A DNA stretch of 64,000 nucleotides from the human T2T-CHM13v2.0 reference genome, Homo sapiens (GCF_009914755.1 NC_060933.1), one strand, 5' to 3'; positions 27,400 to 40,324 are shown, counted from the stretch's first letter. Program-made: numbers and translations. Notes: generated from the sequence alone by a model not told the origin.

Positions 27400-28910
27400 C
27401 ATTTTCTCTGTGCATCTTTGGGGAAATGCTGTTGCTGGATTTGATATTGTCAATTCCTTCAGTCCTTTTGAAACTTTTCTCTGCTTTTCTTGACATATCA
27501 TTTTTATTTTACTTCTTATATCCGACCAATCTTTCCCTGGATTCTAATTCTTCTCCCACTCTCTAAATCAGGGGTTAGTCCACATTTTCTGCAAAAGGTC
27601 AGATGGTAAATACTTTAGGCTTTGAGGGCCACACAGGTGGCTATCACAACTACTGCACTCCCCTTTGGTAGCCATTGACAATATATAAGTGAAACAGCAT
27701 GGCTGTGTTCTAATAAAACTTTATTTATGCAAAGAGGTGGTAGGTCAAATTTCCCACAGCCAGAATTTGTCAAGCCCTGCTCTAAATGCAGGTGTGCCTG
27801 GATCTGTTCTTGCCTCTCTTCTGTGTTCACCCTCTTGTCACTCTCATTCAGTTACATGACAGACCACCTACCCCTTGTATTTCAGTGATGTTCAAATCTG
27901 CATCTCAAACTCTGACTGTCCTCCCAGCCTCAGGCTTGTATTCCAAAATGTGTAAGACAATAAACTCTTCCTGAATGTCCTATAGACACTTCAAATTCGC
28001 TAAGCATAGCTTCCCTCCCAAACCATCCCCTGTTCCTCCTCCATGCTTTCTATTTCTGCTAATGGAAGTACTATCCTTCTGGTCAACCCAGCTCAAAATT
28101 TCTACAGGAGTTTAGTGCCTCCCTTTCCCAAGGTGCTTATATTCATTCAGTTGACAAACTCTGTAAATTCAACACATTTTGCCATACTTGTGTCTCCTTT
28201 CATTTCCTTCCACCAAGGGGAAGTTCTCTGTACCTGTCACTTGGCCCACTGCAATAACATCCAAGTGGACTACTAGATACCAGCATCTGTACCTTCTAGC
28301 CAAATTTCACCAATGCAATCAGATTGGCCTTTCCTTAGAATGGCTCTGATTTTTCTCTTTGTTTCTCAAAACCTTCTGAAGGCCTCCTAATGCTTTTGTG
28401 TTGAAGTCCAGGTTCCTTAGCCTGACATTAAACATTCTCTGTGAGCCACCTCCACCCTAACGATCCAACAGTTCAATTTTCATACTATTAACAGCAGTCA
28501 AAGGGAAATTTGTGCATCTCCCCAGCCACCCAAGCACTTTCTTATCCCGTTAAGTTTCTCATGCTTTGGTTTTTCCTTGCCCTGCCCAACCCACAGTCAC
28601 CCAATTCCTATCCACATTGGAGAGCTCAGCTTGAATGGTGTCTCTTCCACAAAGCCAACCCAACCTTCCAGCTGGAAGAAATGCAATCATATTCAGAACT
28701 CCTCCTGCAGTTAAGAGTGTTCCTCTCTTACAACTATTATAATTTTATACCTTGTGCCACACTTAGTTCCTGCCCTGTCTCTCCTTACACATTGCTAACA
28801 ACCTGGAAACAGATTCTATGAATTCTTCTTACTTATCCTCAAAGCAATTAACAAAAACCCTTACAAACTTTTCATATTTGGTGTTTAATACCTACTTGAT
28901 AAATAAATAA
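27400..28910 (+). mobile_element. L2 remnant (fragmented)
   Basis: Pyrimidine-rich L2 motifs ('ttgaagtccaggttccttagcctg', 'actgcaataacatcc'), ending 'tacttgataaataaataa'. Confidence 0.7.
27569..27779. mobile_element. MER58A (hAT-Charlie) inserted in L2
   Basis: 'caggggtt...ccctg' termini; perfect 8-bp TSD ctctaaat at 27561-68 and 27780-87. Confidence 0.92.
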
Positions 28911-28947
28911 GAAACAGAATATTCATATTCTGTATACCAAAAAAGGC

Positions 28948-29020
28948 TGTGTGAGAGTGTATGTATGTGAGTGTGTGGGGCGGGGGCGGGGAGAAAGAGA
29001 GAGAGAGAGCACGAGAGAGA
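28948..29020. repeat. Compound (TG)n / G-run / (GA)n simple repeat
   Basis: Directly visible. Confidence 0.8.
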
Positions 29021-29260
29021 CTCTAGATCACCAGTTTATTTTAACCCTTACTTGTTGCCACCTTCCTTTGTCATTGAAGGGGAGGGGTGAAAGAACATGA
29101 GGTATACACTACTTTAAATCCAAATCAGCAACCTAAAAATTATTTATAAAAAATACAACCTTATATCCTGCTGATGCCCATAATTGTTGGTTTTTATGTT
29201 TTTAGTTATCTGTGTATTTGTCTTGTGTAATTTGGGTTCTGATGATTACAGTTCTTCTAA

Positions 29261-29591
<331 letters not shown>

Positions 29592-29619
29592 AAGAGTCAA
29601 TAATTTTTAAAGCTATCAT

Positions 29620-29800
29620 TTCTCATTTGCCCTGTGCCAGTGGTCTGCATGCCTTCTCATCTGAAATGTGTCCCACAGCCCTCAGAGGTAGATTGTCTTC
29701 CTTCATTACAGATGAGAAAGCTGAGGCTCGGAAAGGTACAGGAGGTTTATAAAGAGCAAAGTCAGACTTCACCCCAGATCCACCTAATCAAAGCCTGTAT
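29620..29800 (-). mobile_element. MIR
   Basis: 'cacagccctcagaggtag...cattacagatgagaaagctgaggctcggaaagg'. Confidence 0.8.
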
Positions 29801-29916
29801 TTATATGCTGCTTCTCACAGGAAAAATAACTATTGATCTCAAAGGAAGGACTCTCGGCTATAGTATGTGTGTGGTTTCCACCACATGCGTATTAAGAAAC
29901 GGATAACTGAGGCAGA

Positions 29917-30512
29917 GTAGTAGTCAGGGGTAGATCAGGAACTAGGAATCATACCAGTTGCTCTAACAGAGAGAATTTAACATACAACTTTAACTAGGTA
30001 TAAAGTCATAACTAGATAATGTAAAAAGCAGAACAAGGACCCCAAGTTATTGAGAAGGTGATGACTGAAAGAAGCAGCTACCACTAGTAGGGTTGGGCGG
30101 GGGGAGGCATTGAGTAACAAAAGGAAGAGGTTGGAGATACTAAAACTTAGAAGCCTAAAGGAGGGGCCTCATGGAGCTGTAACTCAGCTCCTGTCCCAAC
30201 TGAAAAGATGCGCCCTGGTTAGCTAGTGCTGGGAAAAAAAAAAAAAAAAAGAATTCAGCTATTCCTACAGGAAGAAACTTCTGCTACCAGGGAGCAGCAT
30301 TGTTGGGGAGATACTCATAGGAACACAAGGCAGACAGGAACAAATCCCTTCTTCCTCGTCCAGCCCCTCTAGTGACTCCGATTGATTGAGAGTCATAGAG
30401 AAGCAGTTGACAACACAGGAATACAGCTTGCAGAATCCCAGCCCCAGCATCACAAAGATACAGCGCACAGAAGGGTGGGTTTGGAAGTGAGAAGCAATAA
30501 CTTAAGTGGCAC
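29917..30512. mobile_element. Ancient LTR (LTR78/79-like, tentative)
   Basis: 'gtcaggggtagatcagga...aacagagagaatttaa...agaagggtgggtttgga.gtgaga..caata' resembles recalled old LTR consensus sequences. Confidence 0.5.
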
Positions 30513-32697
30513 GGGAAGGATAAATACGAAGAGAAATCTATTGAAATGTGACATCTGTGAGCTTGGGAATGAAGTCAAATAGGCCAAGATAAGCAATATG
30601 GGGCAGTTCTCTTGCCTATTAAAAATAAAAGCCTCTACGTGGAGACCTGGGGAAAGTAAAAGAAAGAAGATGTGAATAGATGTCTTGACTTCAAAAATCA
30701 AATAACAGCTCAAGAAAACAGCAAGACAAATTACCTGTGATCTTGAGGACACAAAAAAAAGAGTAAAATTACCATAATTGGTAAAGTGCTGTTAATTCAG
30801 ACCCCAGGGAATGTATAATGCCATCGTTTCACACTAGAGGTCACCCCCAGTAAGAAAATATAATTGTATCATCCTTTATTGTCCCCCTGTAGCTGTTACA
30901 ATATTGGAGAGCTGATCCTTATTGTAAAGTGATTGGATTTTTATGAGACGGACATGCTAGGCAGCTTTCTAGTCAAGTAAAATACTGCGTTAAACAGAAT
31001 TCAGTTTCTTACTTTAGTGAGCAGATATATTGACTGTATAGTACAGGAAATGATATTTATTACGTGCAATCACTGACCTATTTCTAAGTTATCAACTTTA
31101 ATCAGAGGTAGATCAACCCTGTTGTTAAGATACAATACGTTGTATATATAGATGGGTAATAGGCATTATTTTTTAATTGGAAAAATATTGCTTCATACCG
31201 ATGAAAAGTAAGAATTTCATGTGAGAATACTACATGAAATAATTACACCAAATATTTTAACAAATTCATTAATCTTAGAGTTTATTGCATTAAAGACACA
31301 GTTTAGAAAATTAAAATTTCTTTCTGTATCATTTTGTGGCAAATTATGATGATTCAAGGGTATCTCTTAGAAATGGCATTCGTTAAAACCATTAATGGGG
31401 GGAGGATCTTTGATAAGTACAGAATTCCCATATTTGAAAACTTTTGAATGTACTAAAAATGAGTTGATCATGCTCTAACAAAATCATACATTAATATGAC
31501 ATACACCACTTTTACTTTATCTCCTTGTCAAAGCTCCTTTGATACTTGTACCTTCAGCCTTCACTACCCACTAACCCTCTTTTTTGTTGTTGTTTTGCTG
31601 TTGTTTGTTTGTTTGCTGTTCCTACCAGTATTCTGGTCTTTCTACATTATTCCTTCAAAATTTCAAAACCTGACTTTTTTCTTTATACCTTACTTCAGTT
31701 GCCATTCTTGGAGACATCAATAGCCCTGTCATGTTAACCATCCAAGAGCAGAGCCCCTCAGACCCTTGGCTCCCTCGCTCGCACATGATCTTCTCTTGCA
31801 CCCCATTTCAGCCACCAACTCGCAAGGCCACAGCCTTTTCCTTGTTATCAAATAAATACATCTCCTTCAAAAACTTCTTCCACCACCACTGCTTGTCCTT
31901 CTAGTGCTCTTATAGAGAAATAGACATATAGGTATACCTACATATATATTTATTACATTGTATTTTATTATTATATTCTTTTATCCTACTATTCTTTAGC
32001 CTCACTAATACATCTAACCCACTGATTCATTGCTTTTTCACAATCCGTCACTTCTCATGCTGTGAGAAGTTCTCCTGTTGAAGCTTCCCAGCATGCTCTG
32101 CCGAGACCCCGTGATCTAGAATTATAGTCACTCACTTGCTACCTGCTCCACTCGCTTGCCCCACTTTCCTTCTACTAGTTCCTCTGGATAAACTCCAACC
32201 TCAGTTAACTCACGCCATCTCTCTATTCTGTGGTTTTCTCCAGAAAGCTGAATGATACCAGGAAAAAACACAGAGCCATGCTGTCAGGTCTAAATTTGAA
32301 AATCATAATGAGAATTATTTGAAAATTATAACCAGAAAATCAAAGGGTCTCTTAACAATCCAAACATACTTCTCTGATATATTTGCTCACTCATCAAAAT
32401 AGGGTTTTAATTTCTTCACTCCCCTCAAATCTCCAACACCACTATTCTCCCCCAACAAACACAGACACTCATGTTCTCAGCTAATAATGTTGCCTCATAG
32501 TTGATTGAGAAAGTGGAAGGTACTAACAGGAAACTGCCTCCATTTACCACCACCACAGCTGCTGCCATCCCTATATCTGTTCGCACAGCTTCTGGCTTTC
32601 CCTCCATTACAATGAAGTGTCCTTCCCTATCTAGCCCTCCACCGGGCCAAAGACCCCACCTCCCTCCAACTTTTTATAATATCCATTCATTTCCTGG

Positions 32698-33274
32698 TGT
32701 GATGGTTAATATTAGGTGTCAACTTGACTGGGGTGAGGTACGCCTAGATGGCTGGTGAAGCATTGTTTCCGGGTGTGTCTGTGAGGGTATAGCCAGAGGA
32801 GACTGACATTTGAGTCAGTGGACTGGAAGAGGAAGACTCACCCTCAATGTGGGTGGGCACCATCTAATCAGCTGCCAGCGTGGCTAGAAGGAAGCAGGAT
32901 GAAAAAAGGGATACACAGCCTGCTTGTGGGGGTTGGGGGAGTGGCATTGTTTTCTTTCACTTCTGCCCTTGGACATCAGACTCATGGCCAGGTTCATCGG
33001 CCTTTGGACTCTGGGACTTGCACTGGCAGCCTCTCAAGGACTCTTGGGCCATTGACCTCATACTGAGGGCTGCACTGTCAGCTTCTCTGGTTGTGAGGCT
33101 TCTGGACTGGGACTGACTCACTCTAGCTGCTTCTCTCTTTTCCTAGCTTGTAGACAGTCTATCGTGGGACTTTGCCTTGTAATTGTGTAAGCCAGTTCTC
33201 CCTAATAAACTCCCTTTCATATATATGTATATCCTATTGTTTCTGTCTCTCTGGAGAACCCTCACTAATAACAC
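32698..33274 (+). mobile_element. MLT2B (ERVL) solo LTR
   Basis: 'tgtgatggttaatattaggtgtcaacttgactgg...ctctggagaaccctcactaataaca'. Confidence 0.9.
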
Positions 33275-34271
33275 ACATGGTGATCAATTTCTCCGTCTCT
33301 ACTGAATATATATGTTCTCCACATCTTCATTACGTCCCACTGACATCCATCTCCATTGACCCTCACTCAATCTCCATTGACTCCATGGTCCACTTCCAGT
33401 TTCTGGAGTATTTCTCTGCTCCTTTTCATAGAAAAAAAAAGTCTTGATGGCTTCTTTACAGTCCCAGTCTTCACTTCTTGTCATACCATCTCTCCTTAGC
33501 CCATTATCTTTCCTACACAATCTACTCTTCTTCCCAAGGTCATGGGTAACCATCACTGAAGTCCACCATGTTCCCAAATTTATTTGGCATTTACATTTCT
33601 TTGCCTTACATTCTTGGCAAGGCTAGTCACTGTTCACCACTCAATCTTTCTAAAAACACAACTTAATTTTTGTGACTTTACATTTTGCTGTTTTTCATCC
33701 TTATCATGAACCATGTCTTCCAAGTCTCTTTTTCTGCATAGCCTACCCCCGTTCAGTTCAAATTTGCAAAGTTGGAGTACCCCAGGGCCCCTCCAAGCAC
33801 CACTGTTCTCCATTTACAGTGTTTTTCATGTGAGCATTTATATATTCCCATGGTTTTAACTACCATCCATGTGGAAGACTCAAGTTTGTATCTCCATCAC
33901 TGAGCTCTCCATTGAGCTCTAAACTCTAAACTGTATTTAGTGTAATTCTATCCTGAAATATCTAATCATCTAATCATCTTACTAACCAGTTACAATCATC
34001 ATTATTACCTGCAGGAATGTTCCGATCTACCTGGTTGCTTTGCTTTCACAAAAAATTCAAACTATCTTCTGAAACATAAATCCTTTCATGTTACATAACA
34101 CATACCCAATACACACACACACTTAAAACCCATCATTTGCTTCTCTTTGCATTTAGAATAAAATCTAAAGCCCTTAACACTGCCTACAAGAACCAGAGAC
34201 ATTACCTAGTTCCACCTTTCCAGACTCAGGACCTATCACTCTCTCCCCAGCTCTTTATACTCCAGCACCAG

Positions 34272-35357
34272 TATCGGGGTAGCCTGCACCCAAAAGTCAC
34301 GTAGGTTGTTTTCTATTTTCCCTAAGTGTCAGCTGGTCTGAGAAATAAAGGAAAGAGTACAAAAGAGAGAAATTTTAAAGCTGGGTGTCCGGGGGAGACA
34401 TCACATGTCAGCAGGTTCCGTGATGCCACCTGAGCCGTAAAACCAGCAAGTTTTTATTAGTGATTTTCAAAAGGGGAGGGAGTGTACGAATAGGGTGTGG
34501 GACACAGAGATCACAAGCTTCACAGGGTAATAAGATATCACAAGGCAAATGGAGGCAGGGCAAGATCACAGGACCACAGGCCCGGGGCGAAATTAAAATT
34601 GCTAATGAAGTTTCGGGCACGCATTGTCATTGATAACATCTTATCAGGAAACAGGGTTTGAGAGCAGACAACCGGTCTGACCAAAATTTATTAGGTGGGA
34701 ATTTCCTTGTCCTAATAAGCCTGGGAGCACTATGGGAGACCGGGGCTTATTTCATCCCACCACTGTGACTGTAAAAGACAGCTGCCCCCAAAGCAGCCAT
34801 TTCAGAGGCCTACCCTCAGGGACACATTCTCTTTCTCAGGGATGTTCCTTGCTGAGAAAAAGAATTCAGCGATATTTCTCCCATTTGCTTTTGAAAGATG
34901 AGAAATATGGCTCTGTTCCGCCCGGCTCACCAGCAGTCAGAGTTTAAGGTTATCTCTCTTGTTCCCTGAACATTTCTGTTATCCTGTTCTTTTTTCAAGG
35001 TGCCCAGATTTCATATTGTTCAAACACACATGCTCTACAAACAATTTGTGCAATTAACACAATCATCACAGGGTCCTGAGGCGACATACATCCTCCTCAG
35101 CTTTCGAAGATGACAGGATTAAGAGATTAAAGTAAAGACAGACATAGGAAATCACAAGGGTATTGATTGGGGAAGTGATAAGTGTCCATGAAATCTTCAC
35201 AATTTATGTTCAGAGACTGCAGTAAAGACAGGCGTAAGAAATTATAAAAGTATTAATTTGGGGAACTAATAAATGTCCATGAAATCTTCACAATTCATGT
35301 TCTTCTGCCATGGCTTCAGCCAGTCCCTCCATTCGGGGTCCCTGACTTTCCACAACA
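34272..35357 (-). mobile_element. MER11 (HERV-K11/HML-8) solo LTR, ~1.09 kb
   Basis: Minus strand begins TGTTGTGGAAAGTCAGGGACCCCGAATGGAGGGACTGGCTGAAGCCATGGCAGAAG; direct repeat caccagta at 34266-73 and 35356-63; internal ~90-bp repeat at 35130-35302. Confidence 0.93.
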
Positions 35358-35389
35358 CCAGTAGCTTTGTTTTTATGCTTCAAGCTAGT

Positions 35390-35752
35390 TGTTATGAACT
35401 GAATGTTGTGTCCCCTCAACATCCATATGTTGAAGCCTAAAATCTTCATTGTGATGATATTTGGAGGTGAGGACTTAGGGAGGTAATTAGGTCATGAAGG
35501 TGGAGTCCTCATAAATGGAAGATGCATGCCCTTGTAAGAAGAGACAGGGAGATGATCACTGTCTCTTCCCCGTGAGGACACAGCATAAAGGCACTCATCT
35601 GTAAACAAGGAAGAGAGCCCTCAACAGAACCTGACCATGCTGGCACCCTGATCTTGGACTTAGGACCTCCAGAACTATGGGAAAAAAATGTCTGTTGTGT
35701 AAGCCCCCTAGTTTACAGTATTTTGTTAAGGCAGCCCAAGCAGACTGAGACA
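35390..35752 (+). mobile_element. MLT1A-type MaLR solo LTR
   Basis: 'tgttatgaactgaatgttgtgtcccc...tatgttgaagcctaa...gcagcccaagcagactgagaca'. Confidence 0.9.
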
Positions 35753-36077
35753 GTCACCACACTTCCTGTGCCTCAGGGCCCCTGCACTTGCCATTGCCTC
35801 TGCAGGGATGACTCTGCTTTCAGATCTCTCTGTGACTGGTTCTTCTCAGCTCAAAATTCATCTTCACAGAGGCCCCATCAGTTTCCAGCATATCACTCAG
35901 CTTTCATTTCTTCATAGCATTGATCAGTCTCTGAAACTTTCTTGCCCATTTTTGGTTGCCATTTATTTGCTATTTAAAAATGTTTTTCTCAAGGCCAAGG
36001 ACCTTGTGTATCTTGTTCCCTACTTTATCAAGAGTCTAGACTACATAAAGCATAGTAGGCTCTAAATAAGTATGTGT

Positions 36078-36160
36078 GGAAGGAAGGAAGGAAAACGAAA
36101 AAAAAAGAGGAAAAAGAAAAGGAAAAGGAAAGGAAAGGAAAAGAAAGGAAAGGAAAGGAG
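36078..36160. repeat. Polypurine (GGAA/GGAAA)n tract grown from the L2 tail
   Basis: Directly visible. Confidence 0.9.
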
Positions 36161-36664
36161 GCATAAATAAGCTTTAAGGATTTTCTCATAAAGGTAATGA
36201 TCCAACTACTTGTGCAGTTTTTCTAAAAACTATCTTTCCAACCTCCCCGAAGAATTTCATCACTGCAAGTTTGTGCATAACAAAGTACAGAGCACAGCTT
36301 AGCTCAGAGGCATGGTTCTGTTAAATAAAACTAATCTGACAAGATCAGACCACTGGGGTTTGGTCATTCGCATTCTGGATGGCTGGAAATGATGATGTGC
36401 CAAACCTCCTTGGGTACTCAGTGAACCACACTCTCCACCATCTCCCTACACACTCCAGGCAATTACCCATCTGGTTTGCCTGCCCCACCCGGTTGTAGTT
36501 GAATAAGGTTGCTCAGCTGAAAGTGATTAGTGTGTGATCAACCTGAAAGGCAGCCTCCAGCAGTTGTATCCCAGGCCGACTTTTCATCTGCAGCCGCTCT
36601 CTCCAGACAGGAGACAGAATCCTCCCAAGAAGCGGCAGGACATTGAGAGACAAAGGAGGAAAAG

Positions 36665-36837
36665 GGAGATCTCAAGCAAGAGTCAGGAGATCTGGGTTCT
36701 AATCCCTGCCTGTGTCTAACTCACTATGTGACTTGATCAAATCCCTGTATCCCTCTGGGTTTCTGTCGCCCCAGCTGCAAACTGTGGGGTTCATACTAGG
36801 TAATCTCTAGGAATTCCTTCCAACTCTGAAGTTCCAG
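36665..36837 (+). mobile_element. MIR (MIRc/MIR3-like)
   Basis: 'gagtcaggagatctgggttctaatcc...tgtgacttg...ccttccaactctgaa'. Confidence 0.8.
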
Positions 36838-37039
36838 ACTTGTAAACCACCAAGTGGTGAGCATTTGCCGAAGTGCAAATTCTCCAACTCAACAAGCCAA
36901 TCTCCAGTTTGGAATGAGTGGCAATATTACTGTCATTTGGGGTTGTTATATTTACCCAGAACCTTATAATTACAAGGTTACACTTACCACACCCCTTTAA
37001 CACAGATGAGTGACAAACACGAATTACTCTTCTTTGCTG

Positions 37040-37170
37040 GAGGAGGAAGAAAAGCCCAGAATGATTAAGTGACTCACCCTGTGTTTACAAAAGCAGTGGT
37101 CAGGCAGAGACTAAATATCCATGAGCTTCTGAGTTCCAGACCTGGACTCAGGACACTAGGCCATAGGACT
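37040..37170 (-). mobile_element. MIR fragment
   Basis: 'gaggaagaaaagcccagaatgattaagtgactcaccc...ggcagagactaaatatcca'. Confidence 0.6.
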
Positions 37171-37439
37171 TCACGGGACCACACCAGTGCTTTGCTTTGA
37201 GTTTTATTCCGAAATATATGAAAAACACTCATGATTGCATTCTCCTTTCTGAAAAATTCACTGCTATTAGTGTTAATGCAATTGGATAAAAGAGAGAAAT
37301 TTATATTTATTTCAACAAACCACCTAAGAAAATTACATGTGGCCACAAAGTGAGGTATATAGGGAGAGTGTAGACTTGTCTTTGTTTTGTGAGCAAACAT
37401 TTTGCTGGGTATTAAGAAATCTGGGTAGTTAAAGGATAA

Positions 37440-37625
37440 AGATGTATAGGACTCAGTCCCACCCCTGACTATGCCACATATTAGCATGGTGCTTAATTCT
37501 CTGCAACTTTCGTTTTCTCATCTGTAACATGTGACTGATAGAACTTGCCCACAATATTCTTGCGAGGATGATACACGATAAGATAAGATAAGGCAGCTAC
37601 CCCACTGCAGTTGCTCAATTAATTG
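37440..37625 (+). mobile_element. MIR
   Basis: 'gcttaattctctgcaactttcgttttctcatctgtaacatg'. Confidence 0.75.
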
Positions 37626-38357
37626 GCACCTTACTCTCTTTCCCATATTCCCTGTCTAGGAAAAGCAAAATAGGGTTTTCCCTACCCACACATTATACCG
37701 TCAACATCGAAAGCCCCCTGCCCCTCACCATCCCCTGATGCAGAAGGACCGTAGGCTGCTAAAGCAGGTGGCTAGTTGCCCATGCGGTTAAGGGATCCCT
37801 GACACCTCCAGTTCCAGCCTTGCTAAGGACATGCTGTATCGTAAGAAATGAATAACCGACACTACATCATCACCTGCAATGGTGGGGTTAACCATACTGT
37901 CCCAGGGACTATTCTAAGTACAATTAGGGAAGGATCTATGAAAGGTTGTAAACGCTTATGTGATCCTTATGTGATCCTTTGTGCATATAAACGTGTACAA
38001 AGTTCTGTGATTTTTTTTTTATGAGCAACCTTTCGTGCTGCACCCAAATGTCTCTCCACTCCTGTAAATGGCCACTTCAGCCTACCTGCCCAGCTGCCTG
38101 GCCCCAGTCCTTCCACCAGCAAGGGCATGTGTAGAAGCCAGAGGATGAGAATAAAGAGATGCCAAGTAAGGAAAGGAAGGCAGTTGAATATGGCAAATTT
38201 CTTTTCTCAGCTTATTTCCTTTTCTTCTCAGACATCCAGAAAGTAACATTTTCCAACATCAGGCTTCTCTCCACATGGTTAAAAATAGGAGAATTAAAAA
38301 CAAAATGACAAATGAGATAAATTTATTGTGAGGTAGTGTGTCCTTCTGATGATGTTC

Positions 38358-38525
38358 ACAGAGCCCTGGACTCTGTGCTACGAGATGTGTGCCAATCTGC
38401 CCCCACTACCAGCGGGTCCCATGATCATCTGTAGGAAGATGAATTCTCTGAGACTGTTTCCTTGCCTCTGTAAAATAAGAAGGTAGGAATAATCGCCCCC
38501 ATGGTACTAGCGTTGAAGTTCTGTG
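38358..38525 (+). mobile_element. MIR
   Basis: 'agagccctggactctg...ctctgagactgtttccttgcctctgtaaaataag'. Confidence 0.6.
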
Positions 38526-38822
38526 CATCCAGAAACAATATTCGTAAAAACAGACACACAGCATTCACTCATGCCTTATATTCAGTGTTTGGGGGCCCTT
38601 AGGTCCAAAGATTCATTATTTTCATGGCATTGTTTGATTTTTTTCTTTGAGGTAAGAATAAATTTTACTTCCTTGAAAGAAATACAAACACATGTAGAAC
38701 TATGTATTTTGACACATCTGTATCATTAAGTTCACCCAGGCATTTTAGATTTAAAAGATCCAAGAACCATATTTTGAGAAACTATTATAGTAAGCAGGAG
38801 AAAGTCCAGAAATGGCACTTTT

Positions 38823-39120
38823 TTTTTTTTTTTTTTTTTGACACGTGGTCTCGCTCTATCTGCCCGGCTGGAGTGCAGTGGCGCGATCTCGGCTCACTGC
38901 AGACTCCACCTCCTGAGTTCACGCATTCTCCTGCCTCAGTTTCCGGAGTAGCTGGGACTACAGGCGCCCTCCACAACGCCCGGCTAATTTTTTTGTATTT
39001 TTAGTAGAGACGGGGTTTCACCGTGTTAGCCAGGATGGTCTGGATCTCCTGACCTGGTGATCCGCCCGCCTCGGCCTCCCAAAGTGCTGGGATTACAGGC
39101 GTGAGCCACTGCCCCCGGCC
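38823..39120 (-). mobile_element. AluY
   Basis: 'caccgtgttagccaggatggtc'; perfect 15-bp TSD agaaatggcactttt at 38808-22 and 39121-35. Confidence 0.97.
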
Positions 39121-39242
39121 AGAAATGGCACTTTTAATAATTTGCTCTATTTATTTGTATTCTTAGATGTTTGATAATAAATATGCATATTCTACTAATT
39201 TTATAACATTTAAACCAGTCATGAAAATATGATTTTAAAACG

Positions 39243-39409
39243 ATTCTTCTCAAACCGTATAGAGAACTTTTGAAAAACAGATTCCTGGGCTTTACTGCTT
39301 ATCTATTAAATCAGACACTCTGGGAAGGATATGTAAGTGGCCCAGATACAGGTATATTTCAAAGCCTCCAAGGTGATGCCACTGATAGCCCAGGTCTGGA
39401 AACCACAGC
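39243..39409. mobile_element. MER5A-like hAT-Charlie MITE
   Basis: 'ttctcaaac...aaaacagattcctgggc...aaatcagacactctggga...ccaaggtgat...ggtctggaaaccacag'. Confidence 0.8.
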
Positions 39410-40064
39410 TAGAAAGCAGAGCCTCAGCAGCCAAGTCTGGCAAGCACTTCAGTCTCTTTCCTGAGTGCCCAGCAGAATTAATCTTCCCTCTCACTTATGA
39501 ACATCTGTGATAATCATCATGGAGAGTGGGTTTGTTTGTTAATGGGGGGAAGAAAAGCTATTTACCTAGTTTGCGAGCCAAGAGAGAGCTTAATTAATGT
39601 CAGAGCAGATATGATTTCCTCCTCTCTCCTTGCCCTAGGAACTCACAGGGATGACGAGAGGATTTTTAATTAATGTTTGAAAAGCATTCTGAGATCCCTG
39701 GATAAGAGGCACTGGAGAAGGGCAAAACATGATTTATTGTTGTTATTAATAGTAGTTGTATTAATAGAAATAATGAAGTTCTCGAAAGTGATTTTTTTCT
39801 TTTTTGTTTTTCTTTTTTTTTTTTTTAGAAAATCTATGACATCAATTGCCAAAGTGTTTTTGTGGCAAGAAAGTTTGGAGTGAATGAAGGAGAAAGGAAA
39901 AAAAGACACAAGGGAAATAAACACTTTTTTCCTGTTCCATTTTTGACTTTGAAGTTCTACCATAAGAACACAATGAGTAATTCCTCTTACACTTTTGTTA
40001 GGTAAATAAAAACACTATTTATTTCTATGGTACCAGTGAAAGATTTTGGAGGCACACAGTCATA

Positions 40065-40275
40065 AAGAAAGAACTTAGGGTTGAAAATAGAAGTTCTGAA
40101 TTTGGAGCTTACCATGTTGCTATTTACTGACTCACCATTTACTGATTATTTAACCTCGGGCCGGTCACATTATCTGGTTTTTATTATTAAAACTGGGAGA
40201 TATTTTAAAATGTTCTACTCATCTCGCATATTAATGTAGATGAATGGAGATGGTACATGTAGAAAAATTTTAAAT
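40065..40275 (+). mobile_element. MIR
   Basis: 'aacctcgggccggtcacattatctgg...aaaactggg...aatggagatggtacatgtagaa'. Confidence 0.55.
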
Positions 40276-40302
40276 ATCTGAATGCTATGATACAGATTTT
40301 AT

Positions 40303-40324
40303 TGATGATGATGATGATGATGAT
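40303..40324. repeat. (GAT)7 microsatellite
   Basis: Directly visible. Confidence 0.95.

Larger units (their letters stand above)
31690..36085 (+). mobile_element. Long L2 remnant interrupted by MLT2B, MER11 and MLT1A
   Basis: L2 ORF2-type pyrimidine-rich segments resume after each LTR; 3' end 'catagtaggctctaaataagtatgtgtggaaggaagg'. Confidence 0.8.

Noticed and set aside
28976-28992. Tandem GC boxes (ggggcgggggcgggg) as a promoter
   Set aside because: Embedded in a (TG)/(GA) simple repeat with no CpG island.
35130-35302. Spaced direct repeats resembling a CRISPR-like array
   Set aside because: Only two units, internal to the MER11 LTR, in eukaryotic DNA with no cas genes.
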